NCBI RefSeq assembly: GCF_000497125.1 | Contig: NC_090596.1 | Coordinates: 558,001 to 622,000, forward strand | Direction of reading: 5' to 3' | Length of the DNA stretch: 64,000 nucleotides | Source: Spironucleus salmonicida | Lineage: Eukaryota | Part shown: in pieces, positions 27,853 to 42,457 of the stretch | Layout: each line of letters begins with the position of its first letter | Numbering within the stretch: position 1 is the first letter of the stretch | Made by a program: the position numbers and the translations under genes | Notes under the pieces: model-generated | Databases searched by the model: none | What the model was told of the DNA's origin: nothing | What the model saw: the letters and a program-made list of their open reading frames with translations, nothing else

Positions 27853-29810
27853 TCATTTTCCCTAAAATTCAGTATACAACTCATGCATTTCTGGCAATTC
27901 TAATGCTAGCAGCAGCAGAATTCTCGAAGTGCTGGAACCTGCCGACAGGTTCAGATGCCAAATCAGCAATTACCACCCAATAGCGCAAAGAGGCGGAAAT
28001 CTTAGAGCTTTTTTCTTGAGCTCTGATCGGAATTTAGTCTCTGGGAGTATTCGCGCGAACGCCGCAAACTCGAACTGGACCAGCAGGTCGCCAAAGTCGT
28101 ACGGCCAGGCCTCCAGCTGTTCGAAGTTCTTCAGCAGCACGCTAATGCAGAAGTTGGCCAGCACGTTGTAGTTGAACCGAAGGAACTAGTTCTGGATCGA
28201 CACTGCGCGCGAGCTCTGGATCGTGGCATGGAGCGAGTCGAGTGCGGTGCTGGGCGGGATCAGCTGGATCACCCCCTTCGACACCTGGCTGATCTTCGCG
28301 AAGCTCTGCTCGTTGAGCACGTGCACCAGCCGTGCCAGCTGCGGCCCGTCCAGAAGCCGGCTCAGCTGCTTGGACTGCGCGTGGAAGTGGCCGCTCCTCG
28401 GCTCTAGGGCGAAGAGGTCCAGCATCGCGAGGCACTTCCCGCAGCTCACCCTGTCGAGCTGGAGCAGGAACGGCAGCACCGTTCCCTCGTCCAGGTGCCG
28501 CTGAAGCTCCGCCGGGTCCCGCGCGAATACCGTTGCCAGCTCCTCCGCCCTCTGCGAGCGGAACTCGTGCATCTGCTGCATGACCAGGCCGTGCCTCGCG
28601 ATTTCAGCGAACTGCTGCGTCCGGAGCGCCGTCTTGAGCATCTTCCGCACGAAGAACACGTACGCCTGGAATGGGTGCTGCGTGAACTGCTTCAGAACGT
28701 CGAGGTCGATGTTGTTCAGCTGCTGGTCTAAGTGCCGCGAGTCAGCCAGCGCCTGGCCAAAGAGCACCAGCTTGAGCTGCTCGAGCACGTCGACCTCTGG
28801 CGCGAACGTGTACCTGCCGTCCACGGTCTCTAGGCAGAAGGCGCCCAGCTTCTGGCAGAGCCGGATCAGGCCCAGCACCTGGCTCCAGGACAGCACGAAC
28901 TCCTCATAGAGCACGCGCGGGCCCACTAAAAGCTCCCGGGCGCTCTCGCAGTGCAGGAAGGCCTCGATCTGGCTGTAGAAACCGAACTGGCGCACCCGGG
29001 CGAAGTCGATCTTCAGGCAGCTCTGTACGAGCTCGCCCTCATCCTCGTAAAACTTCGATAGCGGGAAGTTGATCTCTATCTGGCGCCGAAAATCGTCGCA
29101 CCGCTGGACCCGCTACAGGTCGCGGATCTGAACGAACTGCTGGGCATACTTTAACGCCTGGCCCTCGTTGCAGTCCTCGATCTCGGTCCGGATCTTCTTC
29201 AGCAAGTGCAGCGTCCGCCCCGCGAAAGCCTCCTCGATCTTGTCCAGCTTGCACGCAGTAAGGTTCTCAATGAACACGGACAGCACTGGCAGGGTCATCC
29301 GCTTCAGCGACTTGTCAGGATTTTGGTACAGCGAGATGAGCTCGCGCTTCTTTTGCATCTGGGTATGATCGGCAGCGTTGCACTGCAGCAGCTGCGTGAA
29401 CGGCGGCCGAGGTGCGGCGTCCCATAGCTGCTTGGCAGCCCCCGGGCCGTTGCCGAACTTTTCCTCCAGCACCCCCAGAGAGCGCGGCCCTCGGAACTCC
29501 AGGAGTGCCGTGAGGGACACTGTGGGGAACTCGGCGAAGAACTAGTTCTGCGAGGTCAGCTGGGTCCGGTACCCCAGGTAGCAGGAAAGCAACAGCGAGA
29601 GGATGAGGAGCTCCGCCTTCTCTTTGAGCGTAGTACCGCCAAACATGCTCAGGTACGTGAAATTTCTCTAGAATTTGGAAAAAAGTGTCGCACTGAGCTT
29701 GCCGCTCGCTATGACCTAGACGCCCGAGACAATGGTTGTCAGGCGGTTGATGAGGTCCACGTCCGGTTTTGTGAAGCTCACGTACTCAAAGTCATAGCTC
29801 TCTTGCAGCT
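27853..29810 (-). pseudogene. Second copy of the GC-rich orphan gene: native start missing, 54-nt in-frame deletion, alternative C-terminus
   Basis: 28056-29810 matches 46381-48189; reads GCG CGA where the other copies have GAG TGA and continues to TGA at 27853-27855. Confidence 0.7.
28056..29810. repeat. ~1.75 kb direct segmental duplication of 46381-48189
   Basis: Near-identical apart from the 54-nt deletion and a cluster of SNPs at 28056-28150. Confidence 0.95.
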
Positions 29811-31305
29811 GCTGATCTGAGAAAATGCAAAAAACTCCCAATAAAACGTCAAATCTTTATCTCTGGTCAAGTATCTAACGTTTTAATTTTACCTCTTTTG
29901 CTAAATATCGACTAATCTAACTAGTATTAATATATCTTGATATTTTAAATGGAAATGAAAATCTAAAGATGGCAATCAAATCTCAGATTTAATATAAACT
30001 TACTACTCCTTGTTTTTCAAAATGAAGCTGTGCACATTAGGAACTAGGTGTATCCCTGATATTGTATGGGACACTATCATTCTCCTTACTACTAGTATTC
30101 CGTACTTGTATGTTAAGCTCGCCCCCAGGCCATTTAACTTTGCTCACTTTGTAAAACAAAGCTGACCCTATATTCTATATCTTTGCTGTTCACAGTGAAT
30201 AAAATATCTAGTGCTACTTCCAATCTATCTCCTCCGTATGTGACGTGAATTTATGCTACTATTTATAAGTAGAGCTGCAAGCTCTCGTTTAGTATTTTGA
30301 GGGAACCTTCGAGATGAAATACATACGAATATCAAAATTAGCCATATTCAGAAGAATAATAATTTACACAACGAATACGAACTAGGCGGTAATAAAGAAA
30401 TATTAGCTGAATCTATTGCTATGCTACTAAGTTAGGATTAAGTGCGTTATCAAAATATTATCAAATCATTACATGGTGATGCAGTGTGGACGTCTTAATG
30501 CGAGTATAAATTTTAGACACGATTTTAATCTTCTCTAACGCTCCTCAATGAATGAGGATATATTTTTAATAGCTTTAGTGACGATCAGCCTTCTTGTCAT
30601 CAATTTGATGGATTGCATCAAATTTTAAATATAAGCTTTAGTATAAATGGGAGGCTATCTATAAAACGTAAATAAACAATTGATTCTACTTAGCAGGTGG
30701 CGGTACAGATAAAGGTATTATTTAGGAAGGCGCTTCAATGGTTCGTATGTTGGAGTTGAAGATGGGACACGGCCTCCCGTTTCACCAAGGCACTATCATC
30801 CTTTTCTGTCCGTAGCGCTAAATATGAATTACTCGGGATAGGCCTAATATATTACTATATGCTATTTATTTTTATATATAAGCTAGATAATTTTTACTAA
30901 TTACTATCTGATCGGTTATTTTGTAGCAATTTTCCGTTTGCTATGCACTTATTCTATGAAATCGATACAACAGTTTATCACCTCAAAATTTTATGTTTTT
31001 AACTAAAATAATAACAATTATACCTGTTCTAGACGATTTGAGAATGATTAAATAATCAGTAAATTTAAGCAAGTGAAATCATAACAATAAATTCTCATAA
31101 GCCGGCATCCCGCTATTAGCACTATAAATTTATTGCAGGCTCAATCTCTTACCTTCTTATTTATGTGCTCTACTAGCATACTTACCACATCCCCGTATTA
31201 ACTGCACACGTCACTCCTCTCGAATTTAGAAACTTCCAACGACATGTTTCCCCTAATACTGCAGCTGATCACCCCTTTGGTCAAAACAACCCTTTTAGTG
31301 AATCG

Positions 31306-32241
31306 TCATTTTTCACGTATGTGCAGATCTGCGCAATCCACCTGCACCAGCGAAGCCGCATCGCGCGTGTAAACCACATCAATATCACGCGAAATCGGGA
31401 CCGTTACCGACTGCTGCGACGCGGCGGAAACGGCAGCCTGAAATGTCCTCCGGCACGTGGAGTCATCGAAAGTATAGTCAGTAAAGTTTGAGCACGGGGT
31501 ACTGTCAGACGGAGCACATGCTATGGTGACAGTGGAGTTTCGCACCGTCAAAGTGACGGCTTTGCCGTTTAGCACATCGATAGTTACGATTGAATTGGCG
31601 ACGTGGATATCCAGGGCATCCTGTGCGTCGAGTATGACCGGCGCATCGAACTTGGCGTTTTCGATGATAATGTCAGCTGCCCTCGAGAGCAGGATACCGG
31701 CCGATACGAACTTTCCACCGATGTGGAAAGTGGCATTCCAGGCAGCTTTTGTTTCCGCAATACACACCAGCGGGCGCCTAGGAACTAGGCTGAAGTTCGC
31801 GTAGAATAGCGGAGGCGTCGGCTTGGCATCGAAGAACACTGCTGAAAACTGCGGGTACGGGTACTTTAGACCTCGGTTAACCGTTTTTGTAAGCAGCTGC
31901 ACCTCGTCCTTTTCCGTTGACGAAATACGAATTGTATGCTCCACAGAGTCCAAATGAATGAAAACTGGGAAGTTCTCCTACTAGAGATTGACCTGTAGCG
32001 GGGAAATGGTTTCTGTGAAATTGAAATACGTTATCTAAGGGATAACATCAGTTTACTTTATCATGCTCCTCGTATTGCGAACAGCCAGAGTATGAGTGTA
32101 GAAAGAGAATGTACACGTCAACTACTCTAATACCAGATATGCGATTACCATTAACGTAAAAAATGTCAGTGTTGAGAGTCTACCTAAAATTCCAACAATT
32201 TTATAACGCTTGATAGGAGAATTCTTTTGTTTTAATTTCAT
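31306..32241 (-). CDS. Type II membrane protein with beta-rich ectodomain (311 aa; may extend to 31211)
   Basis: Basic N-terminus, TM (LSTLTFFTLMVIAYLVL), in frame with track ORF 31306-31953. Confidence 0.7.
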
Positions 32242-32426
32242 TATTACTACATTTGCAAGTATACTATATTATATTATATTATCATCTTTGACCAAAAATT
32301 AATATTAAAAATGAATTTATTAGATTTTTATAATAATTCAAATAATTATAACTGCTTTTGATGTTATTTGAAAATACTATAGAAGTTAGGATTAAATCAC
32401 TGTACTTTAGACTAATTTGAAGTAGA

Positions 32427-35400
32427 TCATGAATCATTATCAATAAGAAATGAGTCAGATCCCTCTGTTGTGGTTGAAAGTTATATAGTCTGATTTGCTT
32501 TAGGAATATTTATCTACGGATAATGAGGAATGGGAGGCGTGTTTTATTAATTAGTCGGTAGATTATATTAACCAACAGAATTATGTATCCTTGGTTATTT
32601 AAATGCAATTTATTATCCTGTTTTAATATCTACACAAACAAAATCTTTAATAGTATTTTATGGTTCCTTACTTTATATTGTAGATTTTTTTACAAATGTT
32701 TTTAGTTAATTAAGTTTAATTGTCTTAATTCCATTCATAGCTTTATAAGCATGTCTCTACTTTTATTTTAATGCTAAAAATGATGGAATAAAAGATTTTT
32801 TCTCTTTCTTTGAATTTATATCTTAATTAAACTTTTCAAATTAATAATCCATTATATAATAGTAAATTACAAGAGTGAAAAAAACCGCCAAAAACATTAC
32901 ACAGCAAAAAGTAACAGGATATATGTCAACTGGATATAGGTTCTGTCCTTATAGAACCCCAATTGATAACGAATTGATGATTTCCACCCATACAGCAGAT
33001 GTTACCATATTAAATGTGACTGCTAACGGGGAAATAAATATTAAAGTTACCGGCATAAGGACATTCATAACTACTACTAATACTACCGCAATAATAAGAT
33101 TATTTTGCTAACTAGATACAGAATCAATAATTTCTTTAAAACTAAGAAGTGTATGTAAGAAATATATCAAAAAGAATGCAAACCCTAGTCTCATCATTAC
33201 TTAAACTTCTGAATAGGCTCCAAGTATATTTTGTAAGAATAATATCTAAAAAGCTTCACATAGTATAGCAAACATAGTTTAGAATATTGCTACTATAATA
33301 GATAATATAGATTCTTCATTAAGTTAATAAGGATTATCAAAAACGTCATTAAATGCATTTTTCAAAGCAAAATATAATGGAAGAGATACTGCAGCAAATA
33401 ATAATATCATTTATGAGAATTTATACTTCATTTTTAGAATGAATGTAAATAGTAGCATTGAAAATGGTGCTGAAAAGCATTTAAATATCGTTTAGGAAAC
33501 TGACATTGCTTATGGGAGCAATTTATACACAGTTAATTAAAACATAAAATCGAGCCCAGCTCCAAATAGAAACATAAAGAAGTCTGAAATTTTATGGTAA
33601 TAAAACATTCCTAAATTTGGCGGTTCTAAGAAGAATAGTAAAAAGGCAAAAGGGAAAGATCCAATACTTAAAGATGCTGAGTATAAATGTATGTCATCAA
33701 CATAGGTATCCTAAAGAGCTACGCAAAGTGCTATTATTTAACAAAGAAAAATACCACAGGTAATTTTAAAAAAGTCATATATTAACCTATTTACATTACT
33801 GCGTATTTTATGTCGGAAAATCATTAACTTAGGTGATTTTCCTATCGATACTATTAAAATAATTATAGTTAATACAATTAAAGGCAGAAGAAACCAAAGA
33901 TAAATAAATTTATTAGGTATGTGTCCTATGCATAATGATTGTACCATATAAAACCCTGTAGCACATGTATTACAAAAATAAGACCCATCAATTTCTTTAT
34001 AACATATTCCCGTCTTTATTTTTTCCTCCGCAATTTGACAACATTAATAATCTCTACATTGAATATAATTTTATTTACATTGGTCACAATAAATCCCTAT
34101 AAAAGCGGCATCGCACTGAATACATTTTACTACTTCGGTAGCTACATTTAAGTAGCAACGTCCGGAGTAAAGCATTTCGTATTTTTATAGTTATATCCAG
34201 CAAGTGAAGTTAACCAAAATGTAATAAGAACCACATTCAGTACAATATTACTGACTGCCAACATAGTAACCTTTTAAACACACAGCCTCATCTAAGCATT
34301 TAAATTAATTATTTTCTAACATTATACAACTTCCGGATAAAAAATATATTGGTCTATAACACTAATTAGCATATTCTATATGCCCTGTTAGACAATTTTT
34401 ACAAACTAGAGGATTTTTTCCAGATTTGCAAGATATGCAGACGGGTTCAGAATAAACACCGCATATTCCAGCTGAAATTTCTTCAGTTTATATGCATCTT
34501 CCTCCAATAAACTCATAGTTAATATCGCAAGTCTAGCAGTTATCGTCAGCTGAGTAACCAGGATAACAATATGCACATTTTATGACAGGTCCCTAGAACC
34601 AACAGTTTCCTTATTCACAAAATGAGCAATTTTTGTAACATCCTTCTCCAAGTACATAAGCTACTTCTGCTGGTAGCATGGACTGGTTAATCCAACCTAT
34701 ATCACAGAGCTTACATTCACTATTACTGTCAAATTTAAATCCATCAGCACACTATTTACAATCAGGTGGAGTATAACCTACTTAGCATTCTGAGCATAAT
34801 ATTTTTGTATGGTTAAAGGCGAAAGAAATTTAACAATTCCCAAAACATGTTTCATGTGTTAGACTACAATCTTTAAAGCATCTATCTTCAACAAGTGAAG
34901 TATCATTTTAACATTGTTCACATAACAAGCCTTGATATCCCTCGTAACAATTACATATAGGTTAATCATCTACTGTGCATGACCCCCCTTCGTGGAGTGT
35001 TATTTCTAAGCATGACCCATTTGATTACATTTAAATATCTGGGTAACATGATGTACAAATTGGTTCAGGTGCCTCGTAGCACAAACCATTTATACAAAAT
35101 GGCAGAGAGCAGACCGGATAGCAGTTTTTCTATATAAGAAGCTCACCATACTTACATGATATACAAATTTTTTCTCCCTCTAACAATATGCAATCAAGTC
35201 CTGGTATTAAAGGGTAGCAATGTTTTTCGTAAATAACAAATCCTTCTCTACAATTTTAGCATTGCGACAGCTCGGCACCGTTGTGGCAGGCCGAGCACAC
35301 GACGGTGTCCTGGTAGTAGAAGCAGGTGCCGTAATCGCAAGTATCGCAAACTCTTAAGCACTGTTCCTAATATTTATGATATCCAGTTATACAACCTTAA

Positions 35401-38400
35401 CAAATAGATGCTAAATCATACCCCTCTGTACAATTTTGACAGAATACTCCACCTTTCTTGTAATAGCAGTCCCCATTACACGTTTCGCACTTTTATAAAC
35501 AATCCGTTCCGACCATAACATATCCTAAGTCACAAATTTAACAATCGGGACCCGAAAATGTAGGATAGCAAGACGAGCACTCAATATTATTATAATCATT
35601 AAAATAGCAATCTCCATTACAATTTTGACATTTTAAGTAGCACACGCCATTCTTATTAATGCTGAGAGTATCACAATCTTGGCATCGATCTCCGCTATAA
35701 TTTGGTTTGCAGCCAGAACATGTATTCAAAGTAGATCCAGCGATATGAATTTTTGTAAACTAAACGCCTGGATTGCACTTAAATTGGCGATCTATATATT
35801 CACAAGCTAAACATCCCAAAATACAGCTATCCTTTACTGATATACCACTAGGACGCTTCTTCAAAATTGATGCTAGATTTACCAGCTCAGTTTCGAACGC
35901 TATATGTACTATATTAGTACGCGCCACGTGTGTATATAGAATCAACTGTGTTAGATCGCAATACTCTAGACAGTCTCCAGTATATAACTGGTTTGGATAA
36001 GCACAACTACACTAAGGGCCTTCGCATGTATTATCAAATAACGTCGTTTTGCATGCATTTACGTCATCTCTACATTCAAAAATATCACATTTTTATCCTT
36101 TCCAGCCTTTGTAGCATATAATTCCTTCATATTTACAGTTTCCATTAACTATATTATCGCATCTATAACATGTATTTAAAATTAATATATTTTCTGCATA
36201 GCATTTGCAACTTCCATTAATGCATCTACCTAGGTCTGCACAAGGCTTTATAAGATCAAAATCACAACGATAATTTAAGCATCCATCTTCTAACGAATAT
36301 CCATTATAACAAAGACATCCTTTCCCAGGAACACACTTTCCATGAGCACAATTACTAGCCATACATTTCTAAAAGCAGTAAGCGTTATCATCCGAAAGTT
36401 CAAATCCAGCATAACAGCTAACACAAAAAATCGATTAATCGTCTCTATAAAAACAATCTCCTTTAGAGTTTTCATAAATTTTGTAGCAATATCCGGATAT
36501 CAATCCGTAACCCAGTATGCACGAATCACATTTCGTTCCGATAACATTACCGGTACACTAACAAACTTAATCTGGATGACATATACCAAAAATGCAAGTA
36601 ATCCACGAACACTCTAAAAGGCACTGTGTGTTGTCTATTGAAGTCACATAATACAAGTCGCATGATATACAAAATGCATTGCCATCCTTAGTAATGCAAT
36701 CTCCATGTGGAATTGGTAATCTATTATGACAATTGTCCTCGAATTATATAAATCCATCTTAACAATCTACGCAACTCGGCATTTTATAGCCAGTATTACA
36801 GGTAATACATATTTTATCGTCATTTTGCTTGATTAAACACTCAATACCCTTACATACAGTGCATATTTCGATACATTTAAGTGAGATCTCTTTGAAACCG
36901 TCTGCACATGTTTCACATGTAGGCATATTGAATCCATTGAAGCATATATTACATTCTATAATGATACCGACATAGTAGCACTCGCCTCGATCAGAGTTCA
37001 CCGATTTTTGACAAACTCCATTAACTAAGATAAACCCAAGTTAGCATTTCGCGCAGCTGGGGCTTACGAACCCTGAATAACAAACATCGCACGTATAGGA
37101 ACCATCTTCGTTAATCAGACAGTTATCACCAAAGCATGTATCCGGTGGACAAGTAGCAAGACATTTCAAATTCTTTTCTACAAAACCTGTTATGCATATT
37201 TTACAGGATGGCATTTCATAATTATGATAGCACTCACGACACATAATACTATCAGAACTTTTCCAACATATCCCTTTATTAGTATTTATTAGTGCCAAAC
37301 AGTCCGTAACTATTAAAATATAACCAGGTATACATAAACGGCATTAAGGCATCATGTAACCTAGAGTACAAGTTGCACATTATGCTTATGTATTTGTTAT
37401 CATAAAACAGTTAGTACCTCTACAATCTTTTTCTTAGCATCTTACATAGCACGAATTATTGTATTCAATTTTAGATTCAGGACATGTTAGGCAGTCTGGC
37501 ATATTAAAATTATGATAGCATTTAACACACATGATAATTTTCTCCTTAAACCAGCAATCTCCTTTATCTGTATTCGTTATCTCACGGCATATTCCATCAG
37601 TTTTTTTATATCCTGTGATACATAAAATGCAATCTGGAATCTACAAATTTTGAAGACAAGAAAAGCAATGAATTTTATTTTCTGAAATATTTATACAGTC
37701 ACCGGGACAATCATTACATTTATGATAACAAGTGCTGTTGTATATTTTTGAATCAGCTTTGCAATCTATACATAGAGGCAACTCTTTATTTTTTAAACAA
37801 GATATACATTCATATCTAGTGTCAATTATTCCACATTATCCTAATTCTGGAAAAGCAATTTAGCGACAGATACCATTTATTTCTATGGCTGTATTTGGGT
37901 TACAATGGCATTTGTCTTCGATGCAAACACTAAAACTGTCACATTTCTTAAAAATACATGAGTTAGTATTAGTACATTTTGCATAATTACTAGGTATCGA
38001 TGTTATATTAGAATTGCAAACACATATATCATTTATGCATTTTCCCTATATACAGCTTTTTCCCATGATACACGACCTACCACATTAATAAGTATCTCCA
38101 ATAACTAGTTAACATCCCAATATACAGTCAATACAGTGTGGTATTTCACATAGCTGACCTGAGAACCCATTGATACAATTACATTATCCACTGCTACAGG
38201 AACCTCCATTTAAACAGGGATTATCTACACAGTTAATTGCACAAAATGCTCCATAAAATCCATATTTGCATAATGGAATCTGATCCCAGAATGACTATTT
38301 ACCTTAGCACTCCATTTAACATAAGTTTGGGCCATTTTTTGGTTAAAAATGATTTTCTGTTGTTTTTCCTGAAATCAGCTCCGTATTTGATGTCTCAAAT

Positions 38401-40445
38401 CCAGAATAAGCCTCAAATTTCCAGAAACTAGTCTAAAATACAAAATCAAATCTAGGAAGATTTTTATTTACGTTAGGTGTATAATACCAAATTTTTTAGT
38501 TATACATTTTAATATTTTTCATGAATTCTTAATTTTTAAGATGTTCAAGTTTTATGGATACTTAATTATCACTGCTATACGTGTATCTATTTAATTAGTC
38601 TGAATACATAACATATGCTTATAGAGAATTCCTAACGCCACTGTGTACACCTTCTGGTTTATACAAAGCTAATGGTGTTGAATTAAAATAAAACCCAACA
38701 TAAATAAAATTATTAATAATAGTATCGCCACTATCATTTAGAATTAAGAATTATAATTTGTCCATAGAAAATACTTCCGGGGATATCACATCATAATCCA
38801 TAAACATATTTTATATTATGGAATTCTTAATAATAACAGCTAATACTGTAATAGGCTAATAATAATTATTTTAATTCATCTTTATATCTCCATAAATAAC
38901 AATATTTTTATACGTGCAATTTGAAATATTTTCTCCTAAAGCTGCCCATGAGTAATAACTATACACAACATGAGCCAAAACTTAAATGCTTATATTCTCA
39001 AAATTATTTTAGTGTGCTGTTTCTGATAAAATACATAATTTATTGCTAGTACCAATATTTAATGTCAAATTTAAAACTATAATGCAATTTTATATTATCA
39101 TTTAATCAGAATAAGCAATAAACCCATTGAAATTTTACCAGGAATTAATATCTTAAGTTTACTTTATAAAAAAATATGAACTTAATAGTTAAATTTTGCC
39201 ATTTCTCCCTTCCTAAAAAATAGGTTGTACTTGTATAAACTTTTATTAAAACTCATCAAACATATAAAAATACATATTTGTGCAGCTAATATTAGTATTC
39301 ATAGCTTTGTTACTAATTCCAGTTATATACACATATTAGTTTTTATCAGTATTTATGTTACACTAAATATAAAACGAGCATTGTTCAATAATGGAATTAT
39401 CTAACTACCACGCAATTGTAGAATAATTACTATTCTAAAGTCTTGTAATATTAGATATGAAAGATGTATTTCTGATAGTTAATTGATTACAATTACCCAT
39501 AAACAAAGAAAATTTGCCTTATTATTAGAATTATAATTTTAATGTGACCTTAATATATGATTATAACAGTTAAACATCCATTCTACCAGGTAATAAAGAA
39601 ACGTCTGTTTAAATATCTGTTTTCATATCTATATAACATGTTATCAATAATTCATATATTACAAAACCATTCGTTATAGTCTCTGAAATGATAAATATTT
39701 TTGACAATGTGTCTTTTTAATTATTATCTAGACTTATATTAGCATAAATATAATATTTACTCATTGATGACTTTTGCAATTTTGTTATTAATGATATGTT
39801 TTAATCAAGAGGATATATATTTTTGAAATTTGTATTAATCGTAATATTTGAAGAAAACAATGCATTATTTAATGTACATAAAGCATAAAATTAACTATTA
39901 AGTAAATTATCAGACGAAAAAGATGATTTAAATGTTGAATCCGCAAGGTGAGCATTAAATTAAAAAGCAAATGAAGCTTATAATTTTTGTTAATGTAATG
40001 TATTTATTAATTCTATTTAAGCCCATAATCTTTTAATACTAGCAAAAACAGTATAACCTAACAAATAATAATTTTGAGAAGTAGATCCACCCATTATAAC
40101 AATTGCTGTTATAGTTAAATTTTAAATTGACCCCTAAATATTTTTTGATACACCATAAAAATTAGTTACTACAACAGTGTTAAATATTGCATATCTTAGA
40201 GCTAGATTACTTAGAACTCCATTAAAATTTTCAAACATCTCGCTATTGGATACCATTGTATTTAATTATATATTATCAATTATAAAACTTTACCCTTAAA
40301 TATATCCATAAAAGCCAACTATTTTAATTATAGGAGCTGTGGTATATATATCATTAGCTACAACAAAAATATCATCATGATAAATAGATAAAAGACTAAA
40401 TTCTTTTTCATGCGAGATTATAATCTTAGATATAACACTCAACAT
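32427..40445 (-). CDS. Giant cysteine-rich membrane protein with C-terminal SLC35F/DMT-like multipass domain (2672 aa)
   Basis: ATG at 40445, TGA at 32427-32429, 8019 nt; six track ORFs fall in this frame. Cys-poor N-terminal ~730 aa, then EGF/CxxC repeats (~38250-33950), a TM helix and ~10 more TM helices. Confidence 0.85.
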
Positions 40446-41736
40446 TTTAAATATAAGTAATAATAATAGATGTAATAAATATAGATTAATTGTTTAAAAA
40501 TTTTATAAACATAAAAGTAGTATATTTAATTAATCTAAAGAATTGAAGAAAACTACATTCCTTAATATATAAAAATAGATTAATCTGCAGTTTATCCCTT
40601 AATCCTCAAAGAACATAATAAATAGATTAAAACTGAAATATAGACTTTATTTCAAATATTTTAGGAATGGGAAAATTTATTTTGTTAAGTTCTTATTCAT
40701 ATCTTTATTTTTTTTATTTATCAATCATATTATTTTTATTTAGTAATATAATAAACACTAGATAGCAGTAAATATTTTTTTTAATTATACTAAAATGATT
40801 TTGATACATAGTTATTTTACTAAATTTATCAGTAATACATTTTAAAATCTTAAAACAATACTTGTATTATTTACATTACAAAAATATATAATGATATATT
40901 TTTACTTATCAATTAACCAGTTAGTTCAATTATTATATTAAAAATTTGTTTTAGCCTTTATTCGTATATTCTTAATATTCCCTTTTTAATATAAATTTGG
41001 AATAAGTAATTTGAAATGCTAAATAATTCTCTTAAACTGAGAGTTAGTTATTTACGTATATAAAAATTTATCTATAAGTTTATTTCACTTTATTAGGAGG
41101 TAGTACAAGTAAATTAATGAGTAAAATATTTATCTTGATAATATATTTTAAAAAATAACATTATTACTTACCTTTAACTTATTAGTTTAATTATAAAATA
41201 CTTTTTATGAAAATTATATGCATTATTAACACATACAACATATTCTACTATTAAGAGCAAATATGTACCATAAATTTATAATTTATTCTAAATACTTACG
41301 CCTTGTAAAATTACAGTTGATATTAATGATTTTGCTTAATGACTATAATATAATAGGTTAATGAAACGGTTATGTATTGAATATAGAATCTTTAGTGTTT
41401 AGACAACATCACACAAAAAATTATTTTCGATTTTGTCTCATGAAAGTTAATAGTCTTTAAATGTTTAAGATTTATTTTATATCTCAAATAATCTTAATAA
41501 TAAGAGGTATTTATTTTACTCAGCCTACATATAGCTACATAGAAAAATTATTCCTTAATTTATTACATAAATGGCGAAATAATGAAAATAATACGTAGAA
41601 TCACTATAAATTTTGAACTGTTGCAGTTTCTTAAAAATGTTTGATAGTTATACTTTATTTATTAATATAAAATAAATTGGCAGAATATGAATATTACTAT
41701 ATATTATTATATATGTTACTAACTCATTAGATTTAA

Positions 41737-42444
41737 ATGAAAATAGATGTTAACTAGATAATCTAAATTACAATAGACTCTATACTAATAATTTTCATAA
41801 CTACTATTTCGATTATCTTATATTTGCCAGAAAATACCAGTTAATAGTAAGTAATCTTATCCTTATCAGCAAATCCAACGTTTTATGCCAACTATATTTA
41901 AAATCCTACACCATAAAGATATTGCTATTCTAAAGCAAACGAATATTATGATATCTATATTTGCTAGTATCTTAATTTTGCAGATGAGCATCTTTTTTAA
42001 AAAATAGTAGGACCTGTCATAATTTAATACTCCTAATTCGACCATGACACTATGAAATTTGAAGTTATAACTAAAAACGTCAAGAATAAGGAAACAATTA
42101 TTATCCATAATTAAGATGTTGATGTAAACCATTGTTTCAACTTACAAACGGTAAAATATGCGTGTGTTTCTGACTCAAAACTAATTTTCGTAGTAGCGCG
42201 TTCTCATAGCTTTCCATAATCTCTATAGCACGGAAATCCTATTATAATAACCAGAATTCGAGCGTTTCCAAAAAATATCACTCTAAACATATTTTTGATT
42301 TTGTTTCTGTTCATACTTACTGCCAGATACGTATCTAGAGTCCTTAAAGAGTGCCCCCATATGCCGCAAAACTTTATCTATGCAACTCCCCAAGTTTTGG
42401 ACAAACGACCGCCGCTTAACACTACCTTTAGAACAAATATCTGA
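41737..42444 (+). CDS. Two-TM hypothetical protein, paralog of 48472-49212 (235 aa)
   Basis: N- and C-terminal TM helices; ANPTF..NP..YCYS..YDIYIC..VGP. Confidence 0.75.
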
Positions 42445-42457
42445 ATGGTCAAATCGC

